From an uncultured Desulfobacteraceae bacterium (GTDB lineage Bacteria > Desulfobacterota > DSM-4660 > Desulfatiglandales > Desulfatiglandaceae): DNA of 64,000 bases. The notes beneath the pieces are model-generated. The model was not told the DNA's origin, did not search any database, and saw only the letters and a program-made list of their open reading frames with translations. The stretch covers positions 18,779 through 82,778 of the forward strand of contig CAZNLL010000001.1 of the NCBI GenBank assembly GCA_964573885.1, read 5' to 3'. Made by a program: the position numbers and the translations under genes. Shown in pieces: positions 9,243 through 17,551 of this stretch (within the stretch, counting starts at the first letter, position 1; each line of letters opens with the position of its first letter).

Positions 9243-10385
9243 TTATTCCTTGGGCTTCCCGAGCACCTCGGCAAACATCTCCTGATCCCAGGCCCGCCCC
9301 GCGGCGATGTTCTGACGGAATTTAAGAAAATCAATCACGGCCTGGCCGGTGATCTTTTTGGTATTAAAGGCGCCAAAACCCAGGAAGGCCTCCCCGGACA
9401 TATTGGCCGCCAGCCAGTGCCTGTTGGCGTTCTTCATCATGTCCCAGAAGAATTTTTTCTTCTGGCGTATTCCGTCGGTGGATTTGATGAGGCATCCCGG
9501 AAAGAGGTTTGCGAAGGTCCAGATAATCTTGCCTACCTCCTTGTCCAGGAGCTCGAAGTCCGCATTGGGCTGGTGTTCTTTTACAAAGGCCCGGGCCTCC
9601 TTGCCTTCCTGGCCCGTCTTAAATTCCCCGTAGACGATTTCCCCGTCTTTCACATAGGCGTCTGTTATCACCATGGGGTTGCGAATCCACTTCCCGTCCA
9701 CCTTCAGCACGGGGACGACCTTGCTGATAAGGGTTTTGGCCTTCATCTTGTAAGCGGACCACATCTCACAAGAGATGCAATTCCACATGGCATCTTCAAT
9801 CCCGAGGTACCAGGGGAGAAAGTCGGAAGAGCCGCCGTCAGGGGCCGAACCGTGCCTGGGGCCGGCCTGGCCGAAGACGGCCAGATCCGATGCAATGGCG
9901 ATATCACAGGCCATGCCGATCTCCTGGCCCCCCGCCACCCGCATGCCGTTGACCCGGCATACCGTGGGCTTCTTGCACATGAGGATGGCATCGACCATGT
10001 GGTTGAAGAGCTCCATGTACTGGCCGTATTCATCGGGCCGCATGCTGTAGTATTCACTGTATTCTTTGGTGTTGCCCCCCGTGCAGAAGGCAAAAGGCCC
10101 GGTTCCTGTAAAGACCACGGCCACCACACTCCTGTCCAGGGAAGAGTTTTCAAAGGCGGCGATCACGCCCTTCACCATTTCCGTGGTATAGGAGTTATAC
10201 TGCCTGGGGTTGTTCAAGCGGATCCAGGAGACATAAAGTCCCTCGACCACATTGCCCTCAGGATCTTTCAGAGGGCGCTTCTCAAAGACCACGCATGGGG
10301 CGTCGGCATCCGTACCCCAATGGACGTCGGTGTGCTGTAAATGATCCTTTACTTCATCGTCCCTCGGCATCCATTCCAAAGTCAT
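9243..10385 (-). CDS. oah: 6-oxocyclohex-1-ene-1-carbonyl-CoA hydrolase (ring-cleaving; Oah/BamA)
   Basis: 380-aa extended crotonase-family protein. It contains QYNSYTT (nt about 10182-10202) and GQEIGM (nt about 9912-9929). As I recall, these are the peptide motifs targeted by the commonly used degenerate bamA/oah primers. It also has FCTGGNTKEY. It is flanked by had-like and dch-like genes. RBS AAGGAGAAGG. Confidence 0.8.
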   Translation of the reverse strand: MTLEWMPRDDEVKDHLQHTDVHWGTDADAPCVVFEKRPLKDPEGNVVEGLYVSWIRLNNPRQYNSYTTEMVKGVIAAFENSSLDRSVVAVVFTGTGPFAFCTGGNTKEYSEYYSMRPDEYGQYMELFNHMVDAILMCKKPTVCRVNGMRVAGGQEIGMACDIAIASDLAVFGQAGPRHGSAPDGGSSDFLPWYLGIEDAMWNCISCEMWSAYKMKAKTLISKVVPVLKVDGKWIRNPMVITDAYVKDGEIVYGEFKTGQEGKEARAFVKEHQPNADFELLDKEVGKIIWTFANLFPGCLIKSTDGIRQKKKFFWDMMKNANRHWLAANMSGEAFLGFGAFNTKKITGQAVIDFLKFRQNIAAGRAWDQEMFAEVLGKPKE

Positions 10386-10469
10386 GGCATCCTTCTCCTT
10401 GTTTGCTAAATGGTTATGTTCCCCCCTTGATCAATGCCCTGCCTTTCGGGTCCGGCCCTGCGAGGCAGG

Positions 10470-11573
10470 TCAAAAATCCGGGGTGAGGATAATCCGCTTA
10501 TCCGGCGGCTGTTCGTGAGCGTCCTTAAAGGTTGACTCAATGGTGCTCATGGGCCTGGTCTGCACAAAAGGCTCCAGGGCCACCCTCTTTGAAAGGACCA
10601 TGTCCAGGACCTGAGGGTAATATTCCGGGAGACATCCCCAGGTTCCAATGATCTCCGCATCAAAGGCCATAAGCCTGCTGATGGAATACTCTACTTTCTG
10701 GAGACCAAAGCCCACGATAATCAGCTTGGAGATGAAGCTGAGGAGGGCCAGGCCCAGTTCCTGCCCGGGCTTTCTTCCCGTCACCTCAAAGATTTTCCAT
10801 CCAAAGCCGGGGAGGTCGGCCTTCTTGCGGATCCCCTTGATCTCCTCCAGGACCGCCTTGGTGTCTTTGCCTGAGGCGTTGACCACAAAGTCGGCTCCAT
10901 GAGAGAGCATCTTTTGAAGGCGCTCCTCCACAATATCCACGGCGATGACCGTGCCGGCCCCCAGGGCCTTGGCCTCTTGGACCATATACTGTCCCACACC
11001 GCCGATACCGATAACGATCACATTGTCCCCGGGTTCCAGGGAAGCCCTCTTGGCCGCCTGGTACGGGGTGGTCGCCGCATCGGCCACCACGGCGAGGTGG
11101 GCCAGGGGGATGTCTCCCCGGTTCTTAATTTCGCAAAGGTCTATACTCGGCACGGAGATATGGCTGGAAAACCCTCCGTATATCCCGAGGCTGTTGCCCG
11201 GCATCTTCTGGTTAAGGCAGCGGTTTCCCCTGCGGGTCTTACAGAGGTAACATTTTCTGCAGGGCATGACGGCGGGCACCAGGACCTCCTTGCCGATCCA
11301 TGCCTCATCACCGGCCACCACGGTTCCTGATATTTCATGGCCCAGGGTCAATGGGGGTTTGGAGACGGTGGGCACCCCGTCGAAAAAATAGCCCAGGTCG
11401 GTGTGACACACCCCACACCCCGCCACCTCTACCAAGACCTCATCAGGGGCCAGTTCAGGCACGGGGATCTCCTTTTTCTCGAGTTTTCCTGGAATCACGT
11501 CTCCTGTTTCCTTGTCCTTCGACGTGGGTTGAACCATCTGCCAGGTGTGAATGTTATCCGGAATCTTGTCCAT
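10470..11573 (-). CDS. had: Zn-dependent medium-chain alcohol dehydrogenase family protein, probably 6-hydroxycyclohex-1-ene-1-carbonyl-CoA dehydrogenase
   Basis: 367 aa with GCGVCHTD...GHE zinc motifs and a GIGGVG Rossmann motif. It lies directly upstream of oah in the same operon. Size matches Had/BamQ. RBS GAAGGAG. Confidence 0.65.
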   Translation of the reverse strand: MDKIPDNIHTWQMVQPTSKDKETGDVIPGKLEKKEIPVPELAPDEVLVEVAGCGVCHTDLGYFFDGVPTVSKPPLTLGHEISGTVVAGDEAWIGKEVLVPAVMPCRKCYLCKTRRGNRCLNQKMPGNSLGIYGGFSSHISVPSIDLCEIKNRGDIPLAHLAVVADAATTPYQAAKRASLEPGDNVIVIGIGGVGQYMVQEAKALGAGTVIAVDIVEERLQKMLSHGADFVVNASGKDTKAVLEEIKGIRKKADLPGFGWKIFEVTGRKPGQELGLALLSFISKLIIVGFGLQKVEYSISRLMAFDAEIIGTWGCLPEYYPQVLDMVLSKRVALEPFVQTRPMSTIESTFKDAHEQPPDKRIILTPDF

Positions 11574-11682
11574 TTCACCGCTCCTTCAGGATTATTTAAG
11601 GGTCCATAAAGGAAATGAGGCCATGAAAAAAGACCTTAAGGCTTGAGCCCAGGGAAACCCTTTGCCCGGGGCGCCTCCGGTC

Positions 11683-12435
11683 TTAGATCATTCCATAGCC
11701 TCCATCAACACAGAGGAGCTGTCCTGTAATGTAACGGCTCTCCTCAGAGGCCAAAAACACAAAGGCAGGCACCACGTCCTCGGGCTGTCCAAAGCGTTTA
11801 AGGAGGATCCTGTTCATATAGATTTCCTTGTACTTCTCATCAGTGGTGATCTTTTCTGAAAGGCCCATGGCCAGAATGCCTATGGAGATGACGTTGGCAC
11901 ACACATTGTAACGGGCGAGCTCGCGGGCGACAGACTTGGTCAGGCTGATAACACCCCCTTTTGCTGCACTGTAATTGACCTGGCCCACCGTCCCTACCAC
12001 GCCGGCCACGGAGGTGACGTTGACAATCCTGCCGTAATTCTGTTCTTTCATGTGCCGGCCCGCCGCCTGACAGCACAGAAAGGTGCCCTTTAGATGGATG
12101 TCCACCACTTCATTCCATTGCTCCTCTGTCATCTTGAGGAGCATGGCCGGTCTCGTGAAGCCGGCATTGTTGACCAGGATGTCCAATCGCCCGAATCTTT
12201 CCACACTCTTTTCGACCAGATATTCGGCCTCGGCCTTGTGTGCCACATCACCCTTGACGGCGATGGCTTCACCTCCCCGGGATTGGATGGCGTCAACCAC
12301 CTCCTGGGCGGCATGTTCACTGGAATTGTAATTGACGACAACCCGGGCACCTTCTCCGGCAAAGGCCATGGCCAGAGCCCTCCCCACCCCTCGACTGCTG
12401 CCCGTAATCAGGGCGCTTTTATCCTTTAGTTTCAT
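11683..12435 (-). CDS. Short-chain dehydrogenase/reductase (FabG-like 3-oxoacyl/3-hydroxyacyl reductase)
   Basis: 250 aa with TGSSRGVG, NNAG and YSAAK motifs. It is the first gene of the minus-strand operon. Confidence 0.85.
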   Translation of the reverse strand: MKLKDKSALITGSSRGVGRALAMAFAGEGARVVVNYNSSEHAAQEVVDAIQSRGGEAIAVKGDVAHKAEAEYLVEKSVERFGRLDILVNNAGFTRPAMLLKMTEEQWNEVVDIHLKGTFLCCQAAGRHMKEQNYGRIVNVTSVAGVVGTVGQVNYSAAKGGVISLTKSVARELARYNVCANVISIGILAMGLSEKITTDEKYKEIYMNRILLKRFGQPEDVVPAFVFLASEESRYITGQLLCVDGGYGMI

Positions 12436-12503
12436 GGGTCCTCTCTTCCGGCCCGCCAGGGGGTTCTTGCTACCCCTTAAAAGGCCCCAATATGATTACA
12501 TTA

Positions 12504-12520
12504 TAGTTACAATATAACTA
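12504..12520. promoter_or_regulatory. Inverted repeat TAGTTA-N5-TAACTA at the predicted transcription start of the minus-strand SDR-had-oah-dch operon (candidate operator)
   Basis: TAGTTA (12504-12509) and TAACTA (12515-12520) are reverse complements. The repeat sits immediately downstream of the predicted -10 box at 12525-12530. Confidence 0.3.
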
Positions 12521-12524
12521 CGAG

Positions 12525-12553
12525 AAATTATGAGAAAATGGTTTCCTTGTCAA
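12525..12553 (-). promoter_or_regulatory. Sigma70-type promoter for the SDR-had-oah-dch operon
   Basis: The minus strand reads TTGACA (12553-12548), a 17-nt spacer, then TAATTT (12530-12525). It lies in the AT-rich divergent intergenic region, about 90 nt upstream of the SDR start. Confidence 0.55.
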
Positions 12554-12663
12554 GAAAAAATTGGGGTTCAACGCCCCGCCTCAACCTCTCTTTTAAAAAA
12601 AAGAGGTCCTTCACTGTAAAAACATGAAAAAAGGGTGATTTAAGGATTATTTATGAAGAATTA

Positions 12664-12677
12664 TTTCATATTTGAAA
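12664..12677. promoter_or_regulatory. Near-palindrome TTTCATATTTGAAA (TTTCA-N4-TGAAA class), candidate IclR-type operator
   Basis: Read directly from the sequence. It is one of three copies of the motif, all in promoter regions of this island. Confidence 0.4.
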
Positions 12678-12739
12678 AAAATTTATCTCCTATGATATAG
12701 AATTGCCATGGAATGTCAATACATGTCTATTTTCTCGGC

Positions 12740-12766
12740 TTGACAGGGGCTAACCAATGGTATAAA
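12740..12766 (+). promoter_or_regulatory. Sigma70-type promoter for the IclR-ACAD operon
   Basis: TTGACA (12740-12745), a 15-nt spacer (slightly short), then TATAAA (12761-12766). It is 29 nt upstream of the ATG at 12795. Confidence 0.45.
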
Positions 12767-12786
12767 AATCTAATATGAAAGGAATA

Positions 12787-12800
12787 TTTCATATATGAAA
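12787..12800. promoter_or_regulatory. Perfect 14-bp palindrome TTTCATATATGAAA overlapping the IclR start codon, candidate autoregulatory operator
   Basis: The sequence equals its own reverse complement. It is nested in a larger inverted repeat ATATGAAA...TTTCATAT (12773-12794). Confidence 0.45.
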
Positions 12801-13580
12801 TCAAAGAATCCTGCCGTCCCTGCATTGACCAGGGGTCTCAAGGTGCTTGAGACCCTGGCCCGGGATCCCTATGAAATGAACCTCTCCGAGCTCTCCGAGC
12901 GCCTGGAAATCCCTTCAGCTTCTCTGTGGCGGATCCTCAAGGTCCTGGCTGAACGAGACTATGTGATTTTCGACAGGAAAAGACGAACCTATCGGCTTGG
13001 GTTCAAATTGATGCACATGGGGCATACCCTCCTGAATGGATCCCATTTCAGGTCGCCGGGCAGGGAGCTTCTCAGAAGGCTGGCTGAGACCACCGGTGAA
13101 ACGGCTGAGTTGGATATTCGGATCCGAGATCAACTGGTGCTCGTGGACCAGGTCACCGGGCCCAATGCCATTTACCTCTACTCTCATCCGGGGAGCGTTA
13201 TGCCCTATTTCCATGCCACGGCCCCGGGAAAACTCTATCTGGCCCACATGGGACCCAGGAAAGTGAGAAGCGTGTTGAGAAGGCTGGGGCTTCCAAAATT
13301 GACATACCACACCATAGAGGATCTGGAGCAGTTGGAGAAAGAGCTGGAGAAAGTGAAGATTGATGGATATGCGGTGGACATCGAGGAAATGCGAGAGGGT
13401 GTATGCCGCATTGCCGCGCCTGTGTATGAGAACGGTGACAAACTCGTTGCCTGTGTGGCTATTGCCTGTCCGGCCTTCAGGTTGAAGGAACAAAACAAGA
13501 CCTATGAGTACGGCCGGCGGGTGAAAGAGATTGCCTTGGAGATGAGCCGGCTCCAGAGGGAGGAGGTAATGAGCTTATGA
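12795..13580 (+). CDS. IclR-family transcriptional regulator
   Basis: 261 aa with an N-terminal winged HTH (L.VLE.LA....MNLSELSERLEIPSASLWRILKVL) and a C-terminal IclR effector domain (AELDIR..D..V.VD; C.IAAPV....G..VA.VAI). Confidence 0.85.
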   Translation: MKSKNPAVPALTRGLKVLETLARDPYEMNLSELSERLEIPSASLWRILKVLAERDYVIFDRKRRTYRLGFKLMHMGHTLLNGSHFRSPGRELLRRLAETTGETAELDIRIRDQLVLVDQVTGPNAIYLYSHPGSVMPYFHATAPGKLYLAHMGPRKVRSVLRRLGLPKLTYHTIEDLEQLEKELEKVKIDGYAVDIEEMREGVCRIAAPVYENGDKLVACVAIACPAFRLKEQNKTYEYGRRVKEIALEMSRLQREEVMSL

Positions 13581-14713
13581 TTGACCTCAAGGAAGAGCAA
13601 CGCATTATGGTCAGCAATGTGGGCAGGATGGCCCAGGAGCGGATTGCCCCGCTGGCGGCGGAAATCGACCGGAAAGGCGAATTCAACTGGGAGGTGGTTC
13701 ATATCCTGGCTGAAATGGGCCTGCTCCAGCTATACCTTCCCCCCGAGTATGGCGGTCTGGAAGAGGATCAGTGTTTGATGTTTTGCCTTTGTACCGGAGA
13801 AGTGGCCAAGGCATGCGCCTCTTCAGCGCTGAATATCATTATTCAGGCCGTGGGAAGCTTCCCCATTATCGAAGCGGGTACACCGGAGCAGAAATCCCGG
13901 TTTTTCCCCCGCCTGGCAACGGGGAAGGAATTGGTGGCCTACCTGGTCACTGAACCCTATGCCGGCTCAGATATGGGAGGGATCCGCACCAGGGCGAGGC
14001 GGGAAGACGGGGGATATGTGATGAACGGGCGTAAGTGCTTCGCCACCAACGGCGGGGTCTCTTCTCTGTCCACCGTTTTCTCCCTGACCGGAGAAGAGGA
14101 GTACAGCTTTTTTGTCGCCGAGATGGACTCCGAGGGTGTCAGCCTGGGTAAGCGGGAGGATAAACTGGGCTTTCGGGGGAGCAATACCCAGGAGGTCATT
14201 TTAGAAGACGTACGAGTTCCCCCTGAAAACCTCCTGGGCCAAGAGGGTGACGGGTTTAAGATCGCCATGAAAGACTTCGATATGTCCAGGCCGGGCATCG
14301 CGGCCCTGGCCCTGGGCATTGCAGAGGCGGCCATTGACGAAGCCCTTGAATATGCGTGCCAGCGGCAGACCTTTGGAGAGCGCCTGGTGAAACATCAGGC
14401 CATTAATTTCATGATCGCAGATGCCTGGACCTCCATCGAGGCGGGCCGGGGCCTCATGATCCGGGCGGCCCGGCTCAGGGATCAGGGGAAAAAGAACACC
14501 AAGTTCGCCTCCATGGCCAAGTATTTCTGCAGTGACGCGGCCATGCGGATTACCACCGATGCGGTGCAGGTTATGGGAGGCTACGGTTACTGCAAGGACC
14601 ATGCTGTGGAAAGGATGTTTCGCGACGCAAAACTGACCCAGATTTTTGAAGGGGCCAATCAGATCCAGAGGATGGTGGTGGGCCGGGAGATCCTGAATGA
14701 GAGGGGGTATTGA
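13577..14713 (+). CDS. Acyl-CoA dehydrogenase
   Basis: 378 aa with the typical ACAD layout (TEPYAGSD..., RKCFATNG, GFRGSNT, QVMGGYGY..D..VERMFRDAKLTQI.EG). The start overlaps the IclR stop in an ATGA overlap. Confidence 0.85.
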   Translation: MIDLKEEQRIMVSNVGRMAQERIAPLAAEIDRKGEFNWEVVHILAEMGLLQLYLPPEYGGLEEDQCLMFCLCTGEVAKACASSALNIIIQAVGSFPIIEAGTPEQKSRFFPRLATGKELVAYLVTEPYAGSDMGGIRTRARREDGGYVMNGRKCFATNGGVSSLSTVFSLTGEEEYSFFVAEMDSEGVSLGKREDKLGFRGSNTQEVILEDVRVPPENLLGQEGDGFKIAMKDFDMSRPGIAALALGIAEAAIDEALEYACQRQTFGERLVKHQAINFMIADAWTSIEAGRGLMIRAARLRDQGKKNTKFASMAKYFCSDAAMRITTDAVQVMGGYGYCKDHAVERMFRDAKLTQIFEGANQIQRMVVGREILNERGY

Positions 14714-14783
14714 AAGCATCCCGGAGAGGTGGGGAGATGTTTTTTTGTTGACACCCCACGGGCGCTTTTACTAAGGATACCCA

Positions 14784-14797
14784 TTTCACATATGAAA
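14784..14797. promoter_or_regulatory. TTTCACATATGAAA, the third copy of the TTTCA-N4-TGAAA motif, upstream of the second ACAD gene
   Basis: Read directly. It lies about 30 nt downstream of a TTGACA hexamer (14748-14753), inside the 262-nt gap between the two ACAD genes. Confidence 0.4.
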
Positions 14798-14975
14798 GGA
14801 CCCTGCCCCCTTTTTTCAATGAGCCAGATATGGCCTTTGTATATATCTGGATATTTGAAAGTGTGATAAGAGTGCCTTTTCTTTGGCATCCTTACCGCTT
14901 GCTTGAGTTGCTGAAACCGGACTTATTTGAAAAATTTGGAATGTTACGATACCTTTAGGACACAAGGAGAGGCGG

Positions 14976-16115
14976 ATGCTCCAGCTCAATCAAGAACAGA
15001 GGATGATCCTGAACACCGTCAGGGATATGGCCCGGGAAAAGATCAAGCCCAGGGCCGCTGAGATAGATGAGAAGGGCGAGTTCCCTTGGGATACCGTAAG
15101 GCTTTATACCGAGAGCGGGGTTTTGTCCCCCCTCTTGCCGGAAGAATACGGAGGAATCGGAGCGGGGTACCTTCTCCTGGCCATGATTATTGAAGAGATC
15201 TCCAAGGTCTGCGCCGCTTCGGCCCTTATTCTTATCGCTCAGGCCGACGGTATGATGCCCATTCTTTACGCGGGGAGCGAGGCCCTTAAAGAGACATTTT
15301 TGCCCAGGCTGGGCCAGGGGGCGCTTTCCGCCTTTGCAAGCACAGAACCGGGTGCGGGCTCTGATATCCTATCCATGAAAACCAGAGCGGTTCGCCGGGG
15401 AGATGTATATATCCTGAACGGTCGGAAATGCTTCATCACCAACGGAAGTGTGGCCGACCTGTTATGCGTCTACGCCTATACAGACCCGGAGAAACGCTCC
15501 AAGGGCATGAGCGTCTTTGTGGTGGAGAAGGGGACCAAAGGCCTGGGTTATGGTAAGAACGAGAACAAGATGGGTATGCGGGGCTCCATCAATTCGGAGT
15601 TGGTCTTTGAGGATATGGCCGTACCCGAGGCCAACAGGATCGGAGAAGAGGGGGAGGGTTTCCCCAATATGATGAGAACCCTGGACAGCAGCCGCATCCT
15701 CTCGGCGGCCCAGGCGGTGGGGGTGGCCCAGGGGGCGATTGACCAATCCGTCCAGTATGCCAAGGAGAGGGTCCAATTTGGAAGGCCCATTTCCGCCCTC
15801 CAGGGCATTCAATTTATGATCGCCGACATGGTGGCGAACACAGAGGCGGCCCGCTTGTTGACCTACCAGGCGGCCACTTTTCTCGAAAGGGATGCAAGGT
15901 CCCAGGTGCCCAAATTCTGTGCCATGGCCAAATTCATTGCCTCGGATACGGCCATGAAGGTGACCACCGACGCGGTACAGGTTATGGGGGGTTACGGATA
16001 CATGAAAGACTATCCCGTGGAAAGGATGATGCGAGACGCCAAGTTGATTCAGATTTACACAGGCACCAACCAGATCATGCGGGTTGTCGCGGCGCGTGAG
16101 ATATTGAAGGACTGA
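14976..16115 (+). CDS. Acyl-CoA dehydrogenase (paralog of 13577-14713)
   Basis: 379 aa with the same ACAD motifs (TEPGAGSD, RKCFITNG, GMRGSIN, QVMGGYGYMKDYPVERMMRDAKLIQIYTGTNQI). RBS AAGGAGAGG. Confidence 0.85.
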   Translation: MLQLNQEQRMILNTVRDMAREKIKPRAAEIDEKGEFPWDTVRLYTESGVLSPLLPEEYGGIGAGYLLLAMIIEEISKVCAASALILIAQADGMMPILYAGSEALKETFLPRLGQGALSAFASTEPGAGSDILSMKTRAVRRGDVYILNGRKCFITNGSVADLLCVYAYTDPEKRSKGMSVFVVEKGTKGLGYGKNENKMGMRGSINSELVFEDMAVPEANRIGEEGEGFPNMMRTLDSSRILSAAQAVGVAQGAIDQSVQYAKERVQFGRPISALQGIQFMIADMVANTEAARLLTYQAATFLERDARSQVPKFCAMAKFIASDTAMKVTTDAVQVMGGYGYMKDYPVERMMRDAKLIQIYTGTNQIMRVVAAREILKD

Positions 16116-16186
16116 TGCCCGCGTGTTACAATTTGGATAACAAGGTAAGGCAACATTAACCCATAGACAGAGGAGGTGTAGGTAGG

Positions 16187-17458
16187 ATGAAGAAACGTTT
16201 TTTATTGTCCGCCCTTTTGCTGGTTGCCGCAGGTCTTGCTTTTTCCTTCCCGGCTCAGGTCCTTGCCGGAGGAAAACCCATTATACTGGGGCTGCCAACG
16301 GCAGTGAACACCGACTGGGGTCATGATGACATCAATGCCGTTAATCTGGCCGTCGAGGAAATCAACGCCAAGGGAGGCGTGTCCGTGGGCGGCGTGAAAC
16401 GGCCCTTCAAGGTCCAGATCACCGATACCAGGGGTATGGACCCGGCAACACCGGCCCATGATGCGCTTATGGCCGTTGAGAAACTCATCCTTCAGAAAGA
16501 CCCCCACGCCATCGTGGTGGGTTTTGCCCGTTCCGAAATCTTTATGGCCGGGATGGACCTCATAGCCAAGCACAAGATCCCCTACCTGGGTTCCTATGCC
16601 ACAACCCATATGTTTCAGAAGCAGTTCGCCAAGGATCCCGCCAAGTACAAATATCTCTTCCGCCTTTCCGTGGACGCCATTGCCGCGGCCAAGGCCGTGA
16701 CCGACGCCATTGACACCTTAAAGAGACAGCACGGTCTGCAGAGGGTGTTCTTCATGCCCCAGGATACGCTGCTCAGCAAGGGCTTTAACGGCGTGCTTAA
16801 GCGTCATTGCGAGAACACGGGATGGCAGGTGGTGGGCTGGGAGTCCATCGCCAGCGACGCCAGCGATTTCTCAGCCGTCCTGACCAAGGTCAAGGAATCC
16901 GACGCCCAGATGATTTGTACCTTTTGGGACGTGGCCCGGGGGGGGACCATTCTCCTAAAGCAATGGTCCTCCATGCAGGTGCCCGCCCTTTTTGTGGGAT
17001 TTGTGGTGGGGGCCAACTCACCCCGGGGCTGGGAGTTCATGGGCGAAGAAATCGAGTATAGCATCTATACCGAGGCCCCAATCGGCTCCGGTATCCCTCT
17101 CAAAAAGTTGCCCAAGACCAGAAAGTTTGTGGAGAAGTTCATCGAGAAATTCGGGAAACCCCACGGGCAATGGCTCACCGGCGCCGCCTATGATTCCATC
17201 TATGTGCTGGCCCAGGCCATTGAGCGTGCGGGGTGTCTGGATCCCGATAAAGTGGTGGCCGAGGTGGAGAAGACCGATTATGACGGGGTCATCGGAAGGA
17301 TTCGGTTCGACGATACCCACCAGGTGGTGTACGGCACGGACCCCAAGGAGAGTGCTCTGTGCCTGGCCTACCAATGGCAAGACGGCAAACAGGTGCCTAT
17401 CTATCCCCCTGCGGTGGCCGAGGGCAAGGTCCGCCTCCCCCCGTGGATGAAGAAATAG
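16187..17458 (+). CDS. Periplasmic substrate-binding protein of a Liv/HAAT-type ABC importer (LivJ-like PBP type 1 fold); substrate unknown
   Basis: 423 aa with a signal peptide (MKKRFLLSALLLVAAGLAFSFPAQVLAG). It is followed by LivH/LivM/LivGF-like genes. RBS GAGGAGG. Confidence 0.75.
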   Translation: MKKRFLLSALLLVAAGLAFSFPAQVLAGGKPIILGLPTAVNTDWGHDDINAVNLAVEEINAKGGVSVGGVKRPFKVQITDTRGMDPATPAHDALMAVEKLILQKDPHAIVVGFARSEIFMAGMDLIAKHKIPYLGSYATTHMFQKQFAKDPAKYKYLFRLSVDAIAAAKAVTDAIDTLKRQHGLQRVFFMPQDTLLSKGFNGVLKRHCENTGWQVVGWESIASDASDFSAVLTKVKESDAQMICTFWDVARGGTILLKQWSSMQVPALFVGFVVGANSPRGWEFMGEEIEYSIYTEAPIGSGIPLKKLPKTRKFVEKFIEKFGKPHGQWLTGAAYDSIYVLAQAIERAGCLDPDKVVAEVEKTDYDGVIGRIRFDDTHQVVYGTDPKESALCLAYQWQDGKQVPIYPPAVAEGKVRLPPWMKK

Positions 17459-17471
17459 AGAGCGGTTTGCT

Positions 17472-17510
17472 GGGCAGAGGCAAAGGGGAGACCCCCCTTT
17501 GCCTCTGCCC
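17472..17510 (+). other. Perfect 17-bp stem-loop after the binding-protein gene with no U-tract. It is probably an intra-operon mRNA stabiliser or partial attenuator
   Basis: GGGCAGAGGCAAAGGGG (17472-17488), loop AGACC, CCCCTTTGCCTCTGCCC (17494-17510). The arms are exact reverse complements and the downstream sequence is not T-rich. Confidence 0.6.
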
Positions 17511-17551
17511 TGGTTGAGGGTCACCCTTTTCCATGGTCCGGGTGTAAGTCA

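Noticed and set aside
14884-14902. A sigma54-like element TGGCAT-N7-GC (GG-N10-GC spacing) upstream of the second ACAD gene
   Set aside because: Only the GG and GC dinucleotides fit. The -12 region reads CCGC rather than TTGC. No enhancer-binding-protein gene is nearby. This could easily be chance.
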